The notes: a model not told the origin generated them from the sequence alone. DNA of 64,000 nt from Tubulanus polymorphus (GCF_964204645.1 NC_134029.1:17602950-17666949), one strand, 5' to 3'; shown: positions 25,149 through 38,585, counted from the first letter of the stretch. Program-made: numbers and translations.

Positions 25149-27382
25149 TCAAGATAATTGAGATTTGTTTTTTGACCAGCAACATTCTGCATTTTCTTTC
25201 CATCTGCTCGACGAATCTTCATAGAATTCCTATAAAAATAGTGACAGATATCAAAATTCATTTCTTTATTCATCAAAATATAGTACATGTATATCCCGTA
25301 TTCAATATGAATACATGTATGTAGTAAAGATTGCAGTAAAATTAAGCTGATTCTAATGCCTATCGCTCAAAAGTTGTGGATCATAGGCTTAGGTTTTAAG
25401 TTTGCCTCTACTGTTGTGGAGCATAAAATTACCGGTAATTCATTTTCAAATATCTAGACTAGTGGAAAATGGGTTCAGAAAATGCATTCACTGTGATTGT
25501 GGAGTGACGGGCGGGTTCGAGTCCTGCTGGCTGCTTACAGTGCGCGGGCAACACTTTAAAGGCCGTCCTGTAGTGAGGTTAAATGAATAATCCAATAGAG
25601 TAGTCTTGGGAAACCAAGATCCAAACGACGTAAAGCAAAAGATAAACCAAAATACCATAATAACAATACCATTTTAGTGTCACTAAGTCAGTTATTCACA
25701 TGTTACTTAAACCAACTTTTGAGCAACTGCTCCAGACAATTAAAACAGCAGTTGTTACAGCGACTAACCTGCCCCCTGATTATTCAATAAGTGATTTAAA
25801 CTATTATGCACCTTTTTCCAGATGGGAACGGTAGCTTTCAGAGCATCGATACCGAACTGTGTGGCGGCCTGACAGTCAACTCTGTGTGGAGATGACGCAG
25901 CAATAATAACACTAGCTTCTGTTATCGGAACTTGTCTGAAAATAAATCAGATCAACTATTTTTTTTCAAAGTTGTACATTGAAAATGCATAAACTATAAG
26001 GGAAGGGCGTTGTTCATACGCATACAGTTCACTTTGTTGCCTAAGACAACCCCAACTTATGTGCATGCATACATACAAGGGTAAACTGGATACCCAAGTC
26101 CTTAAAATATCATACAGAAATCGACATCTTCCTATTTGAAATTCGGGATCATTCATTTATTACGAACGCATGGAATTTGACTTTTTCAACCCCCACCACC
26201 CCTTCTGTACGCAAAATCAGCCATTTTCATATACATTTAGCATTACAGTATGCAATTGCACTGACCCCTCCCCTAATGCGCACGTAATAAATGAATGACC
26301 CCTTCTCGACTATTTTAAGTAAGAACATGACACATCTGAGCGCTCACTTCAAATCCAAGTAAGTTTGGAGGAATTAACACAATTTTGGTGGCCCACCTCA
26401 TCAAATCTTACATCATATGAAAGCCTTGAGTATTCACTACAAAATAACACGAACTTGTAATGCATGGAAATAAACAGCATATGAGCAATTCAGTATCGTG
26501 ATAAACTTCGGATTTTCCCTTGAATTTTCTGAGGAGTAATTGAAACTACATAGTGAAATTCCTGAGTGCTAATGGGTTAAATTGATAAAATTTTTCATAT
26601 AATCCCGTTGTATATGTACTTCATGAAAGTTCCGTCAAACATCTTACCCAATTCTGTGATAGAGGGCGATGTGTTTAATAGATGGCCATTTCGCTCTAAT
26701 TTCTTGACAGATTTTGTTCATTTCTTTTAACGCCATTGGAGAATAAGCTTCGTATTCGAGTTGGACGACCTTTTTACCATTGAAATTATCTCGAGTCACA
26801 CCTGAAATATATATGGGAGTTCTAGAAATAAGTCAATTATTCATGATTCATACAAAGGGCATGAATCAGTTACAGTCAATTCTTTATAACCCTTTCAGTG
26901 CGGTGTAAAATGAACTTAGTAAGTTAGTACCCAGCATTGCGGTGTATTGATGTTATTAAAGTAATTAGCTTTATTTCTATCGAAAGATGGCAGCACCTGT
27001 CAAACAGTGAAATATTCAGTTACTACCGACACACCACACCATGGGGTAGACACACTATAGTATGCCCGTTATTCAACACACTAGGGCGGAATTATTTATA
27101 ATCTTCAAATCTTGCTCTTCCAAACTAAAAGGGTTAAGATAAATATCTAGGTAAAATCTCGTACGGTAAATTTTTACAACCAAGACTAACAAAAAGCTGG
27201 ATTTTCTTCATAACTAAAACAAATGCAAATTAAACTAAACCAATTTTTGCACTAGAATACATGGGCCAAATAAATCGTAGCCTACCTACAAAAAGTGACA
27301 AGCCACCAGCTGAAGGGTCACTTATCAGTTCAGTTACTTTTTCAATAGACAGAGGGTCCTCTTGGATTTTGACATTATCCAT
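25149..27382 (-). CDS. MOCS2B: Molybdopterin synthase catalytic subunit (MOCS2B/MoaE), 151 aa; exons 27382-27286, 26801-26648, 25935-25812, 25229-25149
   Basis: [97 protein letters not shown]. Exon phases are consistent (456 nt). Confidence 0.95.
25507..25645 (+). mobile_element. 5'-truncated tRNA-derived SINE
   Basis: B box GGGTTCGAGTCC; body and CGACGTAAAGC..A-rich tail match the reverse complement of 29035-29263. Confidence 0.7.
26146..26304. mobile_element. MITE
   Basis: TIR TCATTCATTTATTACG / CGTAATAAATGAATGA. Confidence 0.6.
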
Positions 27383-27509
27383 CTTAATCTGTGAATTAAA
27401 TCGATAAAACATTTTTCTTTTTTAATTGCTCAGAACATATGAAGAGAATACATGTATTAAAGAGAAGGCACTGGCAGTTTGTTTACCAAAGGTTGTTTAG
27501 CTTTTATAA

Positions 27510-30500
27510 TCAACCTCCACTTATTGGGGGAATCACAGCTATTTCATCACCGTTGTTCAAATGAATTACACTGGAATCTATTTCGATGTATTCCTCATTG
27601 ACGGCGAGTACGATATTGGCAGATATAGCATCCAACCTGTGAAGACAAACACAATGAAATAAAGGAAGATAGTTGAGAAGGCTTATGAATGTATATTGCT
27701 TAACGTAAACAGTGCGCATACTGTTTTCCATGAATAGCAATATGGTTTGGGCTGGAAGCGAACAAGTCACAGCACCCTCTAAATAGAATGATGTTTGTTG
27801 TATTCTACAAAATCTGCTCTACCTAAATACAGTGTTTCTAATATCCAAATACGTATGGCAAACCATTCATCATCTGTACTTCCTGTTTTTTTTTTCAGGA
27901 AAATAGCCACTGGAGCCAGAGTGTCATATAAAACAAAAGTTTTTCTCTTAGATGGAAATGTTTGTGAATAATTTGTGATGCCACCCGTGTAGAGCCAGCG
28001 GCCATTATCTTTTTAAACACATCAGTACCAATAGATGTATTTTCTCTGATTTTTTGCAGAATAACCACTCAAAACCACAGGCTAATTCGATAACCCAGCG
28101 AGTGCCTGTGACGAAACAATACCTATTATTGACCGGATTTTATCCAACGTGTGTTCTCCCTCACGTCCCGGTACGGGTCTGGTGTGCTTAACGTGACAAA
28201 CGGCCGCCTGCTACTTATTTATAGTCTTTTCGTATAGACCTACAACACTTCGTCTAAGTTGTCACTGATACCCCGGTAGTTCTAAACAGCACTAATGGTT
28301 TGATTATACATATAGCAAACTACCGTAGCGCAAATAATGCCATACGGGCAAAATATACGCTTCTATAATCTTACCCAGGGAATTTCGATATTATATTGTG
28401 TTTGAGAGCCAGTCCTGTAATATCCTTATTCAATTCACATTCAACTTGTTTTCGACCAATGATTTCACGGCACTTTGCAAAGAAAATCAGATGCACCTGA
28501 AAATTCAACAAAAAGGCCCCATCAAATGCATTTGAAAAATTAAAGCAATGTCCAACTTGCGTACGTTTCTCCTACTGTCTGTCACACCTCCCCTTCGTGC
28601 AACCTTTCGTTCTGTAATTTCGTCAATAATCAATCAACCTTTATCTTCACCAAGAATCTTAGTTGGTTACACTTGGATCGTAGAGCGACGGAGATCACTG
28701 GTGGAGACAACCACTGCCAGTGCTGGGTGAACCTTTATCATGCATCAATTTCTTCAGTGACCAGTGTGCATTCAGAAATAAACAACCATTTGTCCCAAAG
28801 TTGTTTTTGTTTTCATTAATCATCTAATAGTCTTCTCAGCATACGCTTGAGTAATGCCAAAAAACCCGCTTCTTGGACGCTGGGAGATGTTGCTATGACA
28901 TAACCACCTATTGATTTGCATATCAAAATACAGCAGGCGGCCACACATTAAGCCTACAGAAGCTGTTTTTCAGCAACAAGTTTATGCCAATTCATGATTC
29001 ATTTCTGAATGCAAAATCCTTACCGAACAAGATTTTTGTTCTTTTTGGCTTTACGTCGCTTGGATCTTGGTTTTCCCAAGACTAACCAGTTGGATTATCA
29101 ACCTCTTTATTATTTAACCTCACGACAGGACAGCCTTTGAAGTGTTGCCTGCACACAAAACAGCCAGTAGGACTCAAACCCACTTGTACAGATTACTTGA
29201 TAAACTCAGTACAGATAGCGGATGCAACATCACGCCTTATCTCACTGAGCTAACTGTGAGGCCGCTGTTTGAAAAATAAACAAAAAACTAGGGGTCCAGG
29301 GACACCACGCCCACTTGGGAAGTGGTTCCAAATGCTCAACAATCTAACAATTTCAATATTCAACGCCCCCTGTTGACCATATACAAAAACCAATGACCTT
29401 GAAACTCACCACAATCATAGAACATGTCAGCAGCTTCGATTTTGTAATTGATTGTGATAAAAAAATATGCCTTGTTACCAATTTAATATGGAAATACTAA
29501 GTTATTCTACTATTTAACGCCCCCTGGTGACAATATTCAAAACGCAATGACCTTGAAACTTCCCACATTCATAGAACATGTCATGAACTACAACTTTGCA
29601 ATTGATCATGGTAACAAAATATGCCTAGGTACCAATATAATAAGGAAATATTAAGTTATTCTACTATACAACGCCCCCTGGTGACCAAAGAGAATAACCA
29701 ATGTCCTTAAAACTCGCAAAAATCATAGATGATGTCATGAGCTACAACTTTCCAATTGATTGTGGTTACAAAATATGCATAGGTACGAATATAATATAGA
29801 AATGCTAAGATATTGCATTATTCAACGCCCCCTGGTGGCCATATTCAAAATCCAATGACCTTGAAACTCACCACAATCATAGAACGCGTAATGAGCTACA
29901 GCTTTCTAAATGGTTGTGGTAACAAAATACGCTTAGGTATCAATATAATGTGGAAAAACTTTTTCCCACTTACGAATGAGTACTGGTGACACCAAGATGG
30001 CTGCCAATTGCGTCATAATTGGCTGATGAAAAATACCTGTCTCAGGTATAAAACATCCCTTTCCAAAGAATACCCATCACAAAATGCAATGAGAAATGGT
30101 AAACCAGTAGGAAGCTACAGGACTCAGAATTCGGGCCAAAATTAACATTTTTGGGCACTAAAAAAGTCATAGGACGGCCATCTTGAGTTCGATCGTCCCA
30201 ATTTTTGTTATGCTGATGGGCCCTGGGGGGATTCACATATATCCGAAAGATCAAGGTAATTGATCGAAGCGTCTTCAAAATTTCCCTCAATAAGTTCAAA
30301 AATGTGTAAAAAGTGCTGATTTTGGCGAACAACAATGGCTGCCAGTCGGTCATCTTGAATCTGATAGGGCCAGTTTTTGGGCTAAAAATGTGTCTAGGGT
30401 AGATACATGCGTAACCCAAATATCAAGACATTACCTTGAAGCGTCTTCAAAACTTCCCAAAATAACTGGATTCCTTCTACGGACAGACGGACGGACGGAC

Positions 30501-30972
30501 GATGGACGAAAAGTGAACGCAATAGCCCGCTGGGACTAAAGTCCCAAGTGGGCTAACAAATCACACATTCTTAACAAGAGCATCAGTGCGTGCGTGTTGT
30601 TGACAGGAGTTCATCAATAAGTTGAAACAGCAGGAAAAAGTAGCTATTAAAATCCTCTCATAACCTTATGCAGACCCTTACCCTCAACCTCTGGGCTCTA
30701 TAGATATACAACTTTTTCTGCGGTTGAAAAAGCCGCCATTTTGTACCCATTGGGAGGTAGAGCAAACCTGAGAATTGATATTCACTTTGATCAGTCATTA
30801 TTTTGCCAGTCTAATCGGCACTGACAATTTCAAATTTCATATCTGTCGGATTGAATATAATTTGCATGGTCTAATACCATACATAACCGTATAGCCCTCT
30901 AAATATTTCTTGAACAAAATGTCAAAATATTACATAGCTCACCGTGACTTTAGCGACACCGTCACCGGCCAT
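27510..30972 (-). CDS. MOCS2A: Molybdopterin synthase sulfur carrier subunit (MOCS2A/MoaD), 92 aa; exons 30972-30943, 28496-28375, 27636-27510
   Basis: MAGDGVAKVT|VHLIFFAKCREIIG..KFPG|LDAISANIVLAVNEEYI..GDEIAVIPPISGG*. Ubiquitin-like C-terminal GG; GT-AG introns in frame (279 nt). Confidence 0.93.
29035..29263 (-). mobile_element. tRNA-derived SINE
   Basis: Minus strand: GGCC..TAGCTCAGTGAGATAAGG (A box), GGGTTTGAGTCC (B box), body shared with 25507-25645, A-rich tail. Confidence 0.7.
29288..30556 (-). mobile_element. Full-length HINE with four ~154-bp tandem units, in MOCS2A intron 1
   Basis: Reverse complement of the 15709 and 42612 copies. AACGCCCCC recurs at 29362, 29516, 29670 and 29824 (period 154); (GGAC)n tract and terminal palindrome at 30522-30556. 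Confidence 0.88.
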
Positions 30973-31484
30973 TGACAATGATTGAATGTTTGGTTAAAGT
31001 GGCAGCACCATACGGTTCACTATTTTATCAAGCTACAGCGCGCTGTTCGAAGCGAATGATCAAATTCCATCTTTATTGATTAAAGAAAACGTATTCCCTC
31101 AATTTTATATATGGTTATCTTTATTTAAAGACCTTCTTCACAATGAGGATTTTTATTGAATATTTCTAATAAGTACCGTACTTGTTTCTAAAGTCAAATT
31201 AAGGACATTTTCAGTGTGAATGACCACAAAAAGTTCGTACCCGGTACAGTTTGAATTGTTGTCAATATTGACGTTGTGAAGTAAACAAAAGCAATCATCA
31301 CCATCAACTTTTGACGCCGCTGTTAGGTGCCTGAAACAAAAAGTTTAAGTTGACCCGTTTACTCAAATAAAATCCACTATCTCTTGGTCTTTTTACTTGT
31401 AGTACCGTACCTAGGATACTGTCGGTCAAAAACTTTTTGGCTCAGGCCTCCTGTGCTTTGCGATGCGTCACGTTTCAAAATACC

Positions 31485-31895
31485 ATTTACAATCAGCCTT
31501 TTTACAGTTTCCAGGCGCATTTTTTGGGTACCCACTGAGTCCGCATTGTTGAATTTTTCGTCCCAATTTTCCCCCGTTTAATTTTTTTAAATTTTGTTCA
31601 TATCTCTAGATTGGAGAGAAACCAAGTGAAAATATCGATGAACTCAGCTGATAATTAACTTTCTTATTATATTACTCAATCATAAAGCTAATGCAACAAT
31701 GCGCGCTGGTGAAGTTATAAGAATTGATATCGTCTTCCCAATAATTCAACTTGAATTATTGCTCATAATTTAATCCAATCCAGATGCACAAATAAAAAAA
31801 TTAAACCGGATAAAAATAGGGACAAAAATTCAACAATACGGACGCGGTGGGTACCCAAAAAATGGCGCCTGGAAACTGTAAAAAGGCTTATTACG
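31485..31895. repeat. Inverted repeat (MITE-like, arms ~130 bp)
   Basis: AGCCTTTTTACAGTTTCCAGGCGC..TTTTGGGTACCCAC at ~31495-31535 is inverted at ~31846-31889. Confidence 0.65.
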
Positions 31896-33004
31896 CATTT
31901 TGGCATTTTGGCATTCATTTTGTGATATCTGGACTCTTTGGAAGTTTTGTATTTAACAAATGTTCGTGTTTTTGACGCCATAAAACTTAACCTTTACAAC
32001 AATATTTTGTGTATTGATACTTATATTACTTTGTGTGAAGCGATGTGCACCACGTCATAAATATTGGCGTTTCGATATATTTCATGAAGTCTTATTTTCT
32101 ATTTATCAATGTTCATGTATTTGAGAAATGAGTGCGATGTTCTCCGGCTAGCCTCGTTTGGCGTCAATAAATTTTTAAGTTTAGTTTTTTGTGTAACATA
32201 GGTTACAGGCCTAACTCAAATCACTGATTCATCTTCTATCATTTCAACAACGAATTTTGAGTGGATATGTCCCCGCATCATAAACATTGCCGGTAGATTG
32301 ATGGCCTGCCGAATTCAATTAAATGGCGGAAACCAGTCTAGGGGCTAGCCCGGTGATACTGGTTGTCGGTCATTTCAATTTAATTGTCGATATATTAAAA
32401 TTCAATTTATTGATCCTTTAGTATCATATTATTCATTTTCGATAATATTAGGCAAATGAGTTATTTTTCTTCAAGGCGTCAATTAAACTATCAACTTTTT
32501 CGTGAAACTGGACCCAGCAATTGCCAAAAATCGTCGCGTGTGTAAAATTTTGATAGAATCGGGAGGTTTTTACATTGAAAGCATATATTCAATATCAAGC
32601 ATATACTTCACCCAGTCCTGAGAATGGCCGGTTCGCGGAGCTCCGTATACTGCCTAAAGAGCTCGCCTGAACCAGGGGTCGCGTTAGCGATATACCACTG
32701 ACACTAAGGTTCTCAGTGAAGCATATACAATTGACAGAGGTAAGCTTGCATGTTTTATAGGTGGACTTGGTAGTATATGGGTTACATTGAGCACCACAGC
32801 GTTCCAGTTCCAGAAATCAGTTTCTGAATTCATCACAAGCAAACCGGAAACTCCCGCCTAAATGATTTTAGTAGATACAATGCGAACGCATCCCACTCCG
32901 CCATGGATTTGAATTGGGCATCACGATACTGACACGGCACGAAATATCTAGTTCGAGGAAGCAGGACGATGGAGTGGTTGAGCTTTAGACGCCGAGGCAC
33001 TAGT

Positions 33005-34491
33005 TCATTTGATACTAAGCACAGGTTTACTGTGATGCGGTGGCACGTGAATAGAACCGGCGACGATGTTGTCTTTACCACCGGTGACGTCTTTACTTAT
33101 ATTCGGCAACCCTAACAGGCACCTCATGCCCAAAAATGCGTAAACCAACGCTTCCTTGTAATCTAATGTGTATTCGTCCCGATCGTACTCGACTATTTTC
33201 ACGTCCAATGTCGATAAACGTTCCGTCAAACATTTTACTAAAAACAAGTTATGAGCACCGCCGCCTGTTACTAACATCTTGCGTTTCCCGCCCGCTCTAG
33301 GCGCGGGGACAGACGTCGCTTCCAACAGAAACAACTCAACAGCTTGACAAATTTCATCGATAATATGGGCCACAGATGTGCGCAGCATGTCCTTGATTGA
33401 CCACGTCTGGAAGAAAAATGTCAGAAATATTAATTTTGATTCAGTAAAACAGGTAGTGGCACGAAAAATACGAAATATTTGCAAAAAAAATAACAAGTAG
33501 GTATACAGCCTGTCTGAAACTATGTAGGCCTACAGTTATTTTGAATAAGTTGGCCCTATACTACGTTTTACATATTCATAAAAATTCAACTTCGTTTCAA
33601 CGTGCAGAGGAGTAAACAAGACTACTAACACGTGACTAATCGACCCGCTTTATATGTGAATTGGAATTCAAGACATTTTTCTCAGTCAAAAGCTTTTGAA
33701 ATGAAGAGGCAAATGGTTTAATATAGGCCTAGGTCTACCTTGTAATCTAGAAGAGGTAGAACCTCTTTATCGAACCATTCTCTGCACAAACTTTTCGGCC
33801 GAGACTGTTTGTAATAGGTTATCGAATTCAACTGTTGCCTGAGCGGAGCTAAGATTTCTCCGGATTTTGCCAATTCGCCATCTTTATCGAACAAAGCCGA
33901 TTCGTTCTGAATTCTCGCCAGATAGTTCAACAGCATATTGCACGGACAAATATCATGAGCTTTGCCCTCGAACGACATGTACGCGAAACCTCCTAGATTC
34001 AGGCAAAAATCGTACTCCTGATACAGATAAGGATCAGCCATGGCCACCAGAGGACGACCGTGTCCGCCGAGTTCGATATCCTTCCCGCGGAAATTCGTAA
34101 CGAGCGGACAGTCGATGAAAGTAACGATTCTTTCACCATCTCCTAAACTAAACGACAGTCCATTGCCGGGCTGGTGAAACGCCGTGTGCCCGTTACAGGC
34201 AACGAAATCGAGCTCTTTGATGTCTTCGCTTTCGATGAATGATTTCACTTCCTGGCCGATAAAGCGACCGAAATCGGCATGTAATTTGATCAGGTCGGGG
34301 CCGCTGGTTCGATGAGAGTTTTTCAGTCTGATCCACCATTTTTCGCTGTAGTCAATAGTTTTGACTTTGATGATGCGATAACTCCACACGTCCGACGAGG
34401 GATTGCCGAGAAATTCAGCGTAACAGATATCAAGACCGTCCAGTGAATTCCCGGACATCAACCCGATTCCGTGGTACGATGCCACCGACAT
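33005..34491 (-). CDS. anmK: Anhydro-N-acetylmuramic acid kinase-like protein (AnmK/levoglucosan kinase family), ~384 aa; exons 34491-33739 and 33406-33005
   Basis: Family motifs GLMSGNSLDGLD, NGHTAFHQP, NFRGKDIELGGHGRPLV, LNLGGFAYMS, HDICPCNMLLN, FDKDGELAKSG, PKSLCREW, TGGGAHN, KEALVYAFLG, VTGG. Phase-0 GT-AG intron (AAG|GTAGAC..TTTTTCTTCCAG|ACG). A splice acceptor sits 7 nt upstream of the ATG. Confidence 0.92.
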
Positions 34492-36063
34492 GGCGAACCT
34501 GCAAGCAGACAGAAACCAGAGCTCAGTGTTAAACTAAACAATTTTCCCAACAAATGAAATCGTTAATATATATATATGCTGGTTTGGATTTAGGTGGTGG
34601 TTTTGGAATCCTACCTTCCCATTGATGTTGCCCTTTTCGTCAATACGGAATAGTTAAAACCTGCAAATTTTACACTCATTCTATAAGGAATCCCCATTTT
34701 TAGGAGGTATTTCTTTAAAGATACATTAACATCGAGGGTGGGACCCCGATCGTAGCATTGACATGGATGTGTTATTCGAGTAATGCCCTTTCTTTCTGGA
34801 CCCCGACCTTCTAATTTTCCCGTGGATCCTATCCCGGACCCCCGTCTACAACTCAAGATTAAATGTAACCGTGATTGCACGAGCTTTTTTGTCCGGGACG
34901 AATTTTAGCACGGGACAAGTAATTGCGTTTGAATGTCAAAATGCTGGTTCCGGAAATCATCCACTTCGCTTTGCTTAGTATTGAGTGAGTGGTTTACGTG
35001 TGAGCGCGCTCTCTAATTTAGGCACATGCCAAATTTGGCTCGAGCCTGATCCGTGCTAATTTGACCCGGGCCAATTGTCTCCGTGTGATCACGGCTTCTG
35101 ACTGGTAGAATTTTGACTCTATTCATTTCAGTTAATCTATATAACCGTGGAACTGTGTGCAAGTGAGGCCGATAGAAGCAAACGAGCGATAACATATTTT
35201 ATGTTCGATAGATATCAACACAAATGTGTTTCAACACGTTGTAGGTGCGGCACTACCTGCTACAGCAAATAGATATCGTTAGCAGAGCGCATAATCGTAT
35301 GCTAAATCATTCTGTTGATTTCAAACTTTCACAAAGCAGAAGTAGCTAAATGACGTTCCGAAATGGAATATTCAATGATTGACCCGGTATGAACTGCTAC
35401 TTTGTATCCGGTTACAAGTGTCACATAACGATCACATTTAGTAGATGAAATTGGCACATAAAAATTTCAATAAATTTATCTAATTTAATGAACTAATTGT
35501 GTAAGCCATTGCTGAACTTGCATACGTATCATATCGATATACTTTATAGAATTAATCTTTATAAAATCTGGAGTCAACTGTTTATTTTGTATATATCCTT
35601 ATCGAAAAAAATTGCAAAATTTCTGGTGCAATGAATTCAAATCTGAATCTTTGAATCTGTAGGCTAAGAAGGCCAAGTGCCAAGATTCACGAAAAGTGCT
35701 CTAGATTCAATAAACATGTCCAGTGAATATCGGTGAAATGTTATGATGGACTAAAATGGTATGTACATGTACCATGTTTCTCCGCAGCGGCCGGGTCATT
35801 TTTGTTAAATGCAATAAGATTCGTAATCAGTTCTACAGCTGCCGGGTCTGCGTTTTGGCTAACCTGATCATGATTTCAAAAGAAGTACACTCCCAGTAAA
35901 CACTCAACCAAAAGTAGACGTTGAATCAACAGTGATATTATAACAAAGAGTGAAACAACAATGTTTCAACATCAGGAAATATGTGGAAGGCCGGGGTGAA
36001 AGGTAGGCAGCCGGGCAGGTCAACTGTTAAGCTCAGCAGAAACAAGGTTTCGTTTTTAGCCAT

Positions 36064-36186
36064 ATGTATGTACGTATTTTATGTATGTATATATGTATGT
36101 ATGTATATACGTACGTACGTACGTATGTACGTATGTATGTATGTATGTACGTACGCACGTACGTACGTATAATATATATATATATG
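36064..36186. repeat. (TATG/TACG)n and (TA)n microsatellite
   Basis: Directly visible. Confidence 0.95.
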
Positions 36187-37023
36187 ATGTTTTCAACATA
36201 CATGTAGGCCTATAGGTTACAGGATAGCATTTAGAGGTAACGGTATATATAGAAAGTCGAAAATACACCATAGGAGGCGTTGTTCCAAAAGGGTAGGTTT
36301 GCTCCTAAGGTCAATTTTCAGTTTTGAACGCTGTCTGCGCCAAACTGGAAAAGTAATTTTTTGTACTAACGTATAAACTCTTGGAATTTCGATATGATTT
36401 TGCTACTGAAATTATATTGCCTCAGTTAATTGATACTTGATGGTATAGAATGGGTTTGATCTGCGTATATTTTCCAAAAATTCGTGAGTCTAACTATGAT
36501 TAGAATGCATAATGTTAATGCATGGGATGAATGGAATAAAGAATTGAATTAACATCAACAAATTATGTTTATCTCATTTCATGTGCTGTTGTGTCTCTCC
36601 AACGGGTCACTAATATTCATATGATTCATATAGCTAGTGCTTGAGGAGTGAATTTTGATCTGTTTCAGATGCCACAACCGTCTGCAGTGGTAATCCTCGT
36701 TTATCTCGCTTGAATGACTGCGAGAGCTTAGCCCAGCCGATGTTTCTATTTTATTTTGGTTTCATTTTTATGAAAAAGCTTGTCTACATGCTAATGTGCA
36801 CTGGCAGCTGGCTGTCTATGTAAATGCTGTTTGTAGACATCCAGACAGACATGATAAATAGAACATGATAAATACTCTATCGGCATCATTGAAATCCCGA
36901 GAAATAATATCATAATCACCTAACGTTCTCCCGATGGGCTCAACAATCTAATCAATATCAATTTCCTTTTTTCCCGTTTACGTCGTATATGAAATATATA
37001 CCAGCACTGGGGGACTGACTTAC

Positions 37024-37420
37024 CTTCAAAGCGAATACCTTCGCCGGTCGTGCTAACTATTATACGTTGTTATTCGTTGATCTTTCAAGTATGTTGTTAT
37101 ATTTTGTTATTACCGATCGGTATTGATGGCGCCGTATTGATTTATTGAGCGCGATATTCACTGACGATAGCAGTAGCCTCAACGCATCGGCTTCTACGTG
37201 GTGTAGTCAATTTCCTCCAGTCAGCAGGGGACAACAATATCACTGAACATCAGTATTCCTCTCACAATCGGCTACCGTTACCTGCTAATCTAATTCCTCG
37301 CAAGATTCTCGCATTCGGTCCACTAAGATCTCACCTCTTGGGATAACGTTTTTCGCTAGCCTTTGCACGTAAACGTTAGCATATACCGCAATGCCGGGCG
37401 ATTCCTGTTTTATTGGTTGA
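37024..37420 (-). promoter_or_regulatory. Candidate non-coding first exon and promoter of the anmK-like gene
   Basis: Consensus donor AAG|GTAAGT at 37024/37023 on the minus strand, CCAAT box at ~37412-37416, CpG-rich, no long ORF. Confidence 0.35.
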
Positions 37421-38585
37421 GTAGAGCTCTAAAAAGCATTCACCGCTACTTCTTAAACTGTCAGCAGTGTATATCGCAGAAAAAATATAGGACAAGTATT
37501 GAACAATAACAGCACAATTAATTTCCATAAAAAGGAATCGTAACATGGACGCATATTATACAGTCGACTGAAATTTTTGTTTTATTTGCCAAAGCGACTT
37601 CGATCGGTAAATGTGTGTTTCTACCCCTACGGTTACCATAGAGACTGTCAAAGCTGTAGCGCGTGTCGATAGAAAAATCAGACACATTTTATCTGTCATG
37701 GCGCATTTGGATAATGCACACGACACTTCCTTCTATAGCAGTAGCAAAAAAGGAGTACACGCGAAAATTATCGTTTTGTTTAGAATTGATATACATTTAT
37801 TCTAAAAAGTATACGGGAAAGAACAAAGTCTATCAAATTCATTATAAGATTTTATGATATACGTATGGAAAATCATAAGATAAATTCTAATAGATATTTA
37901 TATAAAATCTACGATTAACACAGAATTATAAATAGGTTGTCTGTAAATCGGTCCCGCCGAGTCAATTTAAAAACAGAGTGCCTGCAATAGGAGCAGTGGT
38001 ATAATCATAGTGCTATAACCAAAATCAATAGAGATCAACAACTGAATACTCAAAACCTTTCGCGAAAATTCCGCTTGAAAAATGATGGCACTCAGACCAA
38101 AATATGAATCTGTATCCTATATACAATAAATTCATTAGCTGCAGGTATTCAACGTTTAGTAGTCTCAGTATAGTAGTATGGGAACAGAGTATTTCAAGTA
38201 TCAAATATGGTCGCAAGTCGGCCATCGCAGGTGTGGATCCAGGGGGGTGCTACTGGTGCAGCGGGGAATTTTCTTCGTATTACTTGTTTTCATTTTCCAA
38301 TATATACATTTCAAAGTACATGGTACACTTTAAACATGACATAGGGTGATCAAGCGGGTTAAAGAACGCTCAGAATGCGCAAGAATTAGACTGATTATAA
38401 ACATTTTTCAGGGGAATGATCAGCTGATTACCCTCAGTTTGAAGATCCTGGACTTATCCCCAGCATCGTGAGTGCAATTATATCGTCACCTTACACTATG
38501 CGCCTTACTTACAAAAAAAATGTCTATAGAAGATGGATTAACAGTGTATTTTGAGAATCAAATATGGCCGACTGTCGGCCACCCT

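Noticed and set aside
29340-29960. 154-bp periodic repeats as a CRISPR or coding repeat
   Set aside because: Whole units are similar with no unique spacers, and they lie inside HINE termini.
35981-36271. ORFs rich in YVCM/TYIH repeats
   Set aside because: They are translations of a microsatellite.
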